Virus record (IMG/VR): IMGVR_UViG_3300015261_000001
Location: 1-64,000 of that record
DNA length: 64,000 bases
Direction: 5' to 3' (one strand)
The notes below the pieces were generated by a model, which saw only the letters and a list, made by a program, of their open reading frames with translations, did not search any database and had not been told where the DNA came from. Shown here in pieces: positions 56,362 to 64,000 of the stretch (the stretch's first letter is position 1; each line of letters begins with the position of its first letter). The position numbers and the translations under genes were made by a program.

Positions 56362-57666
56362 TTAAGGCGCGTTGACCTTGATGGAGTTGTTGCAGACATC
56401 GATCAGGCCGTTGATGATCAGGGTCAGGTAGTTCGACACCGAAGCACGGATCACCAGCAGTTCCATCTGGTTCTTGCGAACGATAGAGGAGAACCACTTG
56501 GCCAGAAGGGTTTTGGTTTCTTCGCTGATGTCCGTTTCGAGGAAGCCCTTGATAACGTCGTTGTAGTCGTTATCCAACAGCTTGAACTTCTCGGCGTTTT
56601 CGAAGACCTTCGCCCAGTCCTTGAGGACACCACGCAGCAGTTTGATAACCGCCTTGATTTCCTTGCTGGACAGCGAACGGATTTCAGCACCCAGTTCTTT
56701 GAAGGTGTACTCGTCGGTGTTCTCGAAACCAGTGCCGTCAAACTCCTGGTAACGAATGAGGAAGTCTTTCACCTCATCGACGTTGGTGGCCTGCTTGGCG
56801 CGCTCTTTCTGACGCACGTCGTAGAAGTAGGCACCACCCATCAACTCAACCGATTGCTTGGCCACCAGGTTTGGTCCGCCGTGACGGTTGTTCGGGTAGG
56901 TGCACTCCTTGAACGGAATCGAAGGAATGCTGATCGGCAGCTGAGTGATGCGATCATCAGCGCTGACCTGATCCAGACCAGCGAAACCACCGAAGTAGCT
57001 GAACGTCGATTGCAGCACGTTCTTGCTGTTCAGGAAGTAGTTGGTGCTGAGGCCGCCGATGGTGCTGCTGAGTTTGGTCAGGTTACCCACCCAGTCCTGG
57101 CTCACCTTGCCGTTGACCTTGAACAGGTTGTACAGGCGGTGTTCCAGAATGAACGACTCAACCGAAGCGAAGTCAGGGTGGGTGTCGACCAGGTTCTCCA
57201 GCAGGTCCAGTGACTTGGACAGGCTTTCCTGCGATTCGGTGAAGATAACGTACGAATCCTTAAAGGAAGCGCCGATACGCTGCACCACTTCACGAGAGTT
57301 CTTGTAGAAGTCACCCAGGAAGCTCTCACAGCCCATCAGACGGGTCATGAGGTAATCCTTGGGCATGAGGCTGATGCCGAGGCTTTCTGCCCCTACAACG
57401 GACTCATGGCCTTCTGCGACCGGGATTTCAACGCCGGCCTTAGTCAGGCTGCGATCGACCTCGTAAGCCACTTCAGGAGTGACCTCGTAGGCTTCCAAGT
57501 TTTGCAGGGTTTTCTGGGCGTCCATGACACGGTCCAGCGAGTCGTCCAGTTTGTTCTGGTAAGCGTTCAACTCACCAGCACTGGACGCTGCCGCCACGAT
57601 CTCCGTGGACTTCACCGCGCTGACTGCCGCCATTTCGGCTGCCAGCAGTTTATCTTGTTCAGACAT
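56362..57666 (-). CDS. Inner-head protein, gp93-97-like paralog
   Basis: Start revised to MSEQDK. Has EGHES, VGAES and MGCE|SFLGDFYK sites. Confidence 0.7.
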   Translation of the reverse strand: MSEQDKLLAAEMAAVSAVKSTEIVAAASSAGELNAYQNKLDDSLDRVMDAQKTLQNLEAYEVTPEVAYEVDRSLTKAGVEIPVAEGHESVVGAESLGISLMPKDYLMTRLMGCESFLGDFYKNSREVVQRIGASFKDSYVIFTESQESLSKSLDLLENLVDTHPDFASVESFILEHRLYNLFKVNGKVSQDWVGNLTKLSSTIGGLSTNYFLNSKNVLQSTFSYFGGFAGLDQVSADDRITQLPISIPSIPFKECTYPNNRHGGPNLVAKQSVELMGGAYFYDVRQKERAKQATNVDEVKDFLIRYQEFDGTGFENTDEYTFKELGAEIRSLSSKEIKAVIKLLRGVLKDWAKVFENAEKFKLLDNDYNDVIKGFLETDISEETKTLLAKWFSSIVRKNQMELLVIRASVSNYLTLIINGLIDVCNNSIKVNAP

Positions 57667-58171
57667 AGTAGGCTTCTCCGCCGAGCAGCTGCAAGAACCG
57701 CCCAACGTTGGCTGGGCTAATGCCGGCCATCAGGCGATAGAAATCATAGTCATGTACGACATAACCATCTTCCAATAAAGGAAGCACGTTAGCCGCACGT
57801 TTGGAAGGGGTGTAAAGAGCGGAGCGGATGCGGTTGGCACTTTGCAGCTTTTGCTCTTCGATCTTCAGACTGGTGACAATGGACTGGTGACCAATCCGGC
57901 CATTGAGGTAATGGACGATGTCCTTCACCAAGTTGGCCAGAGGACCAGACCCACCGTCATAGTTCGCTTCCATGAACAAACGGAAACTACCACCAATCAG
58001 ACGACCGGCTTCACGCAACGTTTCAACGGCGACATGGCCACCAATCACCAACTCGAAATCGCTGTATGCATCCTTGCGGAGCAGACTCAGGTTCTTGAAG
58101 ATGGCCGCCATGTCACCATCACTCAGTTCAGCATTAACGAACCCGTGAGGTGCAACGCGATAATTAGGCAT
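57659..58171 (-). CDS. Hypothetical, probably virion protein
   Basis: 170-aa ORF overlapping both neighbours by 8 nt. Confidence 0.65.
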   Translation of the reverse strand: MPNYRVAPHGFVNAELSDGDMAAIFKNLSLLRKDAYSDFELVIGGHVAVETLREAGRLIGGSFRLFMEANYDGGSGPLANLVKDIVHYLNGRIGHQSIVTSLKIEEQKLQSANRIRSALYTPSKRAANVLPLLEDGYVVHDYDFYRLMAGISPANVGRFLQLLGGEAYYV

Positions 58172-59048
58172 ACTCTTTCTCGATGGATTCGATCAGGGCG
58201 ACGTTCTTGATGATTTCGTCCTGATAGATTTCGATCTGATGATCCAGATCGGCGTCATCGACACCATTCTTCTGGTTCACCGCCTGGGTGATCTTCATGG
58301 CGAAGACCTCGTTGTCCTTGCGGGCTTTGTCGATGCGCGCGAGGTTGAGGTTCATCTTGTTCAGCTTGTACCAGAAGACCGGGTTGATCTGATGGATGCC
58401 GAAGCCCTGCTGGATCAGCGAGGCCATCTCAGCGCCTTCGGTCGATTCCATCACAGCGATCGAGGTTTCCGACACTTCTACTTCCGGGATAGCCATCAGG
58501 TTATCCAAGATGATGCGAGAGCCTTTCAGCAGCATCACAGTGCTGCCTTTGTAGAACTCGATGGTCTGGTTGATGAAACGCAGATCAGCTTTCGCCAGAG
58601 TCTTCTCGGCTTCACGATCACCTTTGTTCTTCATGGTGATCAGGACGTCGTAAACTAGACCGGTGTAACGGACCCAGTGGGTCAGGTGTTCGATCAGGTT
58701 GAGCAGGTTGGCCTGACGCAGGTCAATCAGCTTGCCGTCCCAGATTTCGTCTTTACTGGACTGAACCATTTTGGTCAGACCGAGTACCAGAGCCGACACG
58801 GTAGTCAGCGAGGTTTTCACCGCGTGCTGGAAACCCACGCCGCGGAAGCCGACGTTGTCGAGTTCACGGGTAATGCTTTTGGTGATCATCCACTGATTGA
58901 TCTCGTGACCGAGGTCGATCTTGTTGGCTTCCATCCGGGTGATGTTGGCCGTCAGGTCAGTGGCTACCACGCCGAGCGCGGTGATCTGGTCGACCAGCTC
59001 GCGCTTCTTAAAGGTCTTGACACCTTTAACGTAGGAAAGAATATCCAT
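58164..59048 (-). CDS. Virion head protein (phiKZ gp90-like position)
   Basis: 294-aa helical ORF, TAATG-coupled. Assignment is from gene order. Confidence 0.55.
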   Translation of the reverse strand: MDILSYVKGVKTFKKRELVDQITALGVVATDLTANITRMEANKIDLGHEINQWMITKSITRELDNVGFRGVGFQHAVKTSLTTVSALVLGLTKMVQSSKDEIWDGKLIDLRQANLLNLIEHLTHWVRYTGLVYDVLITMKNKGDREAEKTLAKADLRFINQTIEFYKGSTVMLLKGSRIILDNLMAIPEVEVSETSIAVMESTEGAEMASLIQQGFGIHQINPVFWYKLNKMNLNLARIDKARKDNEVFAMKITQAVNQKNGVDDADLDHQIEIYQDEIIKNVALIESIEKEYA

Positions 59049-60154
59049 TACATACCCCCATTCAACAGTTTAACCAGGTCCTGGAGGGTGTTGGCGGAGC
59101 CCTCTTTCTTCGACTTCACTGCCAGGTCGCGGCGAGTGTAAGTTTCCGGCATGGTCTGGCCGTCAGTGTAGAAGAAGAAGATGCCACGGTCATCGTCACA
59201 TACGACGATGGTGTTTGCAGACAACTTCTCGAAGATCGTTTGACGCGAAGCCGAGTTACTGAACTTCTTGCCGATAGCCAATTCGATCTGTGTAACTTCA
59301 GCCTGACTCAGGATGATGGAGTTAGCCATCGAGTTCACGCTGAGAACGCCGGTACGCACAGCTTCCAGGGCGTTGTTGGTGTCGCGTTTCATGGCTTCTT
59401 TATAGTAGCCAGTCGCGTCGCCGTTCTTCGCTTGGAAACGGGCTTTGACGATGTCAGTACCGTTGAACCATTCCGGGTTGGTGATTTCACCGGTGCGCTT
59501 CATCAACCAACGCATTTGCAGATCTTCGTCATTCTTGGCCACGGAGAACAAGCGGCGCAGGCCGGCGTCGTCCATTGGCACAGGAATCTGACGGAAGGTC
59601 ATCGGGAAATCGATCTTGATGCCGTTCTCGCCGAAGATGGTGGCGTTAACTACGCGACCAACAGACAGAGGGGTGTATTCCATCAGGTCAGGGATAGTCT
59701 TGCTACCCACCTGAACGTAGTTCACCTTGCCTTCGTCTTCATTCTTCTGCGCTGGCTTGATGTTGGTGTCCAGCGCTTCGAGGCCGGCCATCAACGACAA
59801 CATACCTGCACGGTTCGGGTTGATGCTCCCGATCAGGCTTTCAACCTTGACGCCCACACCAGTGGCATTCTGCAAAGCCAGGTGTGTCAGGGTGGCAACG
59901 ATGTCCCGCAGGTTGATTACGGTCATCAAATCTTGCATGTATTCTTGATGGAGCAGACCACGGTCTACAACCACCATTGGAGCGAGAACGCCCTTCGCAG
60001 CACTGCGGTGAACCGAGCTGGTATTCACCACATTGTATGCATGTCTGGCCCGGTCCGTCACTTTGGCGGCCGCACCGATGTCCGAACTTTCAGGATAAAG
60101 CTGTTTGGCAATGTCCAGAAAGAAGGACCCGATATTGAGAGCTGGTCCGATCAT
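59048..60154 (-). CDS. Virion head/inner-body protein (phiKZ gp89-like position)
   Basis: 368 aa with an AGLE|A site. Assignment is from gene order. Confidence 0.55.
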   Translation of the reverse strand: MIGPALNIGSFFLDIAKQLYPESSDIGAAAKVTDRARHAYNVVNTSSVHRSAAKGVLAPMVVVDRGLLHQEYMQDLMTVINLRDIVATLTHLALQNATGVGVKVESLIGSINPNRAGMLSLMAGLEALDTNIKPAQKNEDEGKVNYVQVGSKTIPDLMEYTPLSVGRVVNATIFGENGIKIDFPMTFRQIPVPMDDAGLRRLFSVAKNDEDLQMRWLMKRTGEITNPEWFNGTDIVKARFQAKNGDATGYYKEAMKRDTNNALEAVRTGVLSVNSMANSIILSQAEVTQIELAIGKKFSNSASRQTIFEKLSANTIVVCDDDRGIFFFYTDGQTMPETYTRRDLAVKSKKEGSANTLQDLVKLLNGGM

Positions 60155-60183
60155 GGGAAACCCCTGTTTTAAGGTATTAAAAA

Positions 60184-61257
60184 ATGGCTGACAACCCGAA
60201 AGATAACGATGGGTGGCTGTTAAGAACTCCCGGGAACACCGCCCCGGAGCAACCCATTTCCGCTCAGAACGCTCGTGATTGGTTCAATTACGTGTTCAAG
60301 GAAAATGGCGGGCCTGGCTACGACAGTGCGCTCACTAACCTGCTTCGCGGCATTCGTATTCTGGGACCGGGCAATACACTCGCTCCCATCCCAGATGACA
60401 CCATAGGATTAGCGTTTGTTACACGGCCGATGCTGAACCTGTCGGACTCTAACGTCATCAAGCATCCTCAACTCCTTCCGCTGTATCGTCCAGACCGCAA
60501 CAGTTTGCTCGCTTACATCAAAGGGTTGTTGGATCCGACATGGGGTGCAGCGAACAGCGGTGACGATACTGTCCTTGATCCACTTAACCCATGGATCCCC
60601 CCGCTCACCAACTTCCTGAAAGTGAGTTCAGGTTTTCCTGACTTGACTTTGCCTGTCGGTAAAAGCCAGCCAGGTTTCCGTGGTGAGGTCTACGCGTACG
60701 TCGACGGCATCCTCAAAGTCAACTATGACTACGACATCCGTCAGAGCTACCACAACGCCAAACCTTCTTTCCTTCCTTATATGTTTGAAGTCTGGACCCA
60801 CTACATTGAAGGGGTAACAGTCGGCGACGAAGGGTTGGAACCGTATTGGGGTGCGTTGGAACAAAACTACCTCGATTACACCTGCCGTATTTATCACATC
60901 ATCCTGAACAAGAACATGCGCAACATCGAGTGGATCTTCTGCTGTGGTGGTGCGTGGCCTACGACCTTCCCGTCTGGTGCTTTCAGTACCATCGACAGAA
61001 CGCAGAACACTCTGCGTGGTCAAGGTCAGGATGAGTTGGAAATCAACTTCACCTGTCAAGGTTTCCGTTTCAGTAACATTCGTATTGCGGATGCGTTCAA
61101 TCGCACAACCTTGTTCCGTAATCCGAACATGCACCCTTCGGTGCGCGACAAGTATTACAGAAAACTCCCATTCCGAGATTACTACTTGAGTGGGTATGGC
61201 ACCTACCCATGGATCGAACTTGGAACCATGGAACTGGAATATTGGGGTAAGAAATAA
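60184..61257 (+). CDS. Virion structural protein, tail/baseplate (phiKZ gp88-like)
   Basis: GLAFVTRPMLNLS...SGFPD...DYTCRIY motifs. Divergent from the head genes. Confidence 0.6.
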   Translation: MADNPKDNDGWLLRTPGNTAPEQPISAQNARDWFNYVFKENGGPGYDSALTNLLRGIRILGPGNTLAPIPDDTIGLAFVTRPMLNLSDSNVIKHPQLLPLYRPDRNSLLAYIKGLLDPTWGAANSGDDTVLDPLNPWIPPLTNFLKVSSGFPDLTLPVGKSQPGFRGEVYAYVDGILKVNYDYDIRQSYHNAKPSFLPYMFEVWTHYIEGVTVGDEGLEPYWGALEQNYLDYTCRIYHIILNKNMRNIEWIFCCGGAWPTTFPSGAFSTIDRTQNTLRGQGQDELEINFTCQGFRFSNIRIADAFNRTTLFRNPNMHPSVRDKYYRKLPFRDYYLSGYGTYPWIELGTMELEYWGKK

Positions 61258-64000
61258 TGACCATCTCTCAAGACGAGCTGGAGCGGTTGGCGAATAACCC
61301 CATCCGCGGGATCAACCTTGTTGTAAACGAAGTCGAGACCAACTGGTTCAACGGCACGGTTAAGCTGAACAGTAAGTCGCACCCAGCAGTCCTGATGATG
61401 GATTTGATCTTGGGTACGTCTCACGGTTTCACTAACCGTCTGCTCGACGCTACCAGTCGGAATCACTTGCGTCATGCTCGTAACGTCTCTGAACTCAGCC
61501 GCAACATGGGTGATGAAGAACGTTACGGGCTGTTCGCTTATCCTTCCGCTTCGATGGCTCAGTTGGCTATGGACATCGACACCTTCATGGCGATTGCTCA
61601 AGATCGTATCGAGCAAGTGGGAAAGATCAGCGTTACGTATAAAGAGCTGACGATTCCGAAGGACACTGTACTGCCGGTCAATGGTTATGACTTCATGATC
61701 ATGAACGGCATTCGTGTACAGTACAACGAACGCAGCGGCTGGCGTGTGATGTACGACGGTGACACCAACAACCCGTTGGCACCGATTTCTGACAACCTGT
61801 TGGCACGCGACTTCAAGCAAGTCGAAGATCGTAAGTATGTGTTGGTCAACATTCCCGTGTTGCAGTTGTCTTGCCTGGGTCTGGAAAACATCACAGCAAA
61901 CGAGGCGTCCGGTTGCCGTGGTAGCTACACCTTCACGGACAATCTTTTCGGTGTTCGTGCTTTCCTGATTAACGACAACGGTCTCAACGAGATTCGCGTT
62001 AGCTTTGACCAGGACGTGTTTGATCCACTGACGGTCACGCTGGCGCTGGATATCGACACGGTCAACAACAAGATCGCGTACGAGATTCCCGACGTTTACA
62101 TCCAGAACAAACTGGGCGTGGGTTCGATCCGTATCTACACGTACACCACCAAAGGTGTGCTGACGAAGAACCTGACCGACGTAGCACCGACCACCATCCA
62201 GCCCAACTACCAAGACTACCGTTACGGTATGGGCAATCTTGACAAGTATGCTGCTCCGCTGCGAAATGCAAGCGGTATTGCGTGGCGTATTGTTGAAATG
62301 GTTCGTGGTGGTGTTGATCCTGTTCCGTTTACCGTGATGAAGCAGCGTGTGATTGACGGCCGCCAACAGCGTACTCTGCCGATCACTGAGAACAACCTGA
62401 AGGGTGCCGTGGAGAACTACGGCTACAACCCAGTGAAGGCAATCGACTATGTGACCGGTCGTAAGTACGCCCTCACCAAGGAACTGCCGATTCAGGACAA
62501 CAAAGGTTTCTACGCGCCGATGGCGTGCTTTGTGGGTAGCTATCTGGCTTCGGTTAACGATCTGGTTAACAGCGGCGTTGTGTTCGATAACGGTGCTCGC
62601 ATCACCATCCCGCACAACGTGATGTTCGACGTGAGTGTTCCTACCAGCAAGTTGATCAACAAGCTGACTCAGGATCGTTATAACCAAATGAGCGGCGAGC
62701 AGTTGGTTGATCTGTTGTCGAAGATCACTCTGGTCTACACGCCGTTCTATTACGTGATGGACACCACTGACCAACAAGCCGTACTTCGCACGTATCACCT
62801 CGATGCTCCGAAGATCAACACGCAAACCTACAAACAGGCTAACCCTGCGTTGGGTCTGGGTGTAGGCGTTGGTCAGATGATGATCGTTCAACGCGACGGT
62901 GGTTACACCATCACCATGGTGACTCAGTCGGACAACGCGTACAAGAAGCTGGAGAACGATCAGCTCGGTGTCCAGTTGTCGATTCATCCGCAAGACACCA
63001 ACAGCTTGGCCAGTATCGCTGGTGTGCTGGTGGCGGTAACACAAGAAGGTGAGCGAGTTTGGGAGTTCAATCTGAATACCCAGTTCGATGTGGATGTCAA
63101 TGACATTCTCTACTTCACCAACTTCATGCAGTTTGGTTCGGTACAGCTGGAGACCGGTACTCCGTTGACCGTTGACACCACGTTCATCTTCACGGTGGCT
63201 GGTGACAAGGATGTAACGCAGTCGGATATCGATGACAAGATCGATGACTCTATCTTCCGTATTCCGATGGTAGGGATTCTGGAGACGAGTTACAGCATCA
63301 CTTACGGTAAACGTTTGGCCAACCTTTATAGCCGGATTCGTCCGCTGGTAGGTGAGGCGCAGTACAAGCGTTATGATGCTGACATTCCTGCTCGCTACAC
63401 GTCGACCAAGTTCAAGCGTGACGAGAACGGTCAGTTGATATTTGATGAAGTGACCGGGCAACCAATCACCGAGTATCAAGCTGGCGATATCATCTACAAC
63501 TCTGACGGTACTCCAAGCCTGATGTATCGTCGTGATATCGACATCGTCTACGAGAACGGCGAACCAGTTATGCTGGAACCTCGTTTCTTGAAGTACCACT
63601 GGGACTTCATCGCGTTTGACGGTAACTACAAGTACAGCAAAGACGATTACGATATTCAGTTCGCTCAGGAGACGAAAGACTTCTTTGCTAACACCATCGA
63701 CCAGGACATGTTGGGCTTCACGTCTCAGTCGTTGGACCGCACCAACCTGTACTTCCAGCCTCGTAGCAAGTTGGGGTATCAGCGAGTGGTGGTGAACAGT
63801 AACTACGAATCCGTGCTTCGCCAGGATCTGTCGTTCACTGTGACCTACTACTTGACGGAAAGCGGTTATCGCAATCAGAACCTTCGGGATGCTCTGGAGG
63901 TCAGCACTCCACGTCAACTCAACACCGGCTTGTTTGGTGAGACCACAGTCAGCGTTGCGGCTTTGGTTAAAGCGTTGCTGGATAATGCTGGGGCTGATGT
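61257..64000 (+). CDS. Large baseplate wedge-like virion protein (phiKZ gp87-like), truncated at the right edge
   Basis: Not in the ORF track. ATG overlaps the TAA of the previous gene (MTISQDELERLANNPIRGINLVV...). The frame appears open to the window end and is mirrored by the long antisense ORF 61203-63917. Confidence 0.7.
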   Translation, partial: MTISQDELERLANNPIRGINLVVNEVETNWFNGTVKLNSKSHPAVLMMDLILGTSHGFTNRLLDATSRNHLRHARNVSELSRNMGDEERYGLFAYPSASMAQLAMDIDTFMAIAQDRIEQVGKISVTYKELTIPKDTVLPVNGYDFMIMNGIRVQYNERSGWRVMYDGDTNNPLAPISDNLLARDFKQVEDRKYVLVNIPVLQLSCLGLENITANEASGCRGSYTFTDNLFGVRAFLINDNGLNEIRVSFDQDVFDPLTVTLALDIDTVNNKIAYEIPDVYIQNKLGVGSIRIYTYTTKGVLTKNLTDVAPTTIQPNYQDYRYGMGNLDKYAAPLRNASGIAWRIVEMVRGGVDPVPFTVMKQRVIDGRQQRTLPITENNLKGAVENYGYNPVKAIDYVTGRKYALTKELPIQDNKGFYAPMACFVGSYLASVNDLVNSGVVFDNGARITIPHNVMFDVSVPTSKLINKLTQDRYNQMSGEQLVDLLSKITLVYTPFYYVMDTTDQQAVLRTYHLDAPKINTQTYKQANPALGLGVGVGQMMIVQRDGGYTITMVTQSDNAYKKLENDQLGVQLSIHPQDTNSLASIAGVLVAVTQEGERVWEFNLNTQFDVDVNDILYFTNFMQFGSVQLETGTPLTVDTTFIFTVAGDKDVTQSDIDDKIDDSIFRIPMVGILETSYSITYGKRLANLYSRIRPLVGEAQYKRYDADIPARYTSTKFKRDENGQLIFDEVTGQPITEYQAGDIIYNSDGTPSLMYRRDIDIVYENGEPVMLEPRFLKYHWDFIAFDGNYKYSKDDYDIQFAQETKDFFANTIDQDMLGFTSQSLDRTNLYFQPRSKLGYQRVVVNSNYESVLRQDLSFTVTYYLTESGYRNQNLRDALEVSTPRQLNTGLFGETTVSVAALVKALLDNAGAD

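Noticed and set aside
1-64000. tRNAs, introns/inteins, homing endonucleases, recoded stop codons, reverse transcriptase/DGR
   Set aside because: None recognised. Core genes are uninterrupted in the standard code, and the portal-like copy differs at synonymous sites rather than specifically at adenines. A tRNA or covariance-model scan could not be run.

Overview
This window looks like the conserved core of a phiKZ-like (Chimalliviridae-type) jumbo myophage genome, in the standard genetic code, with most genes on the minus strand. From left to right it holds: a truncated hypothetical gene; an NAD-dependent DNA ligase; a small operon with two tandem nucleotidyltransferase-fold paralogs; an SbcC/Rad50 ATPase; the central tail spike; four paralogous tail-fibre/baseplate proteins; an overlapped spanin pair converging on a holin candidate; RuvC; the putative portal; an accessory island; the N-terminal beta subunit of the non-virion RNA polymerase; the major capsid protein; a DnaB helicase; a second accessory island; virion genes; a paralogous array of inner-head proteins with G-x-E cleavage motifs; and baseplate genes. 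phiKZ orthologue names come from recalled gene order and motifs, not from a search. The most striking observation is that an otherwise unrelated 279-aa accessory protein (44052-44891) carries a near-exact copy of part of the phage's own portal protein. It has 19 of 20 residues identical and 10 synonymous versus 1 non-synonymous codon difference, in what looks like the portal clip domain. This suggests a selected portal mimic, either an immune decoy or a packaging regulator. Also visible are a family of long perfect-stem hairpins, shared promoter motifs, a palindromic two-way Shine-Dalgarno site, and a spike lacking the canonical HxH apex. I did not recognise any tRNA, rRNA, CRISPR array or IS element.
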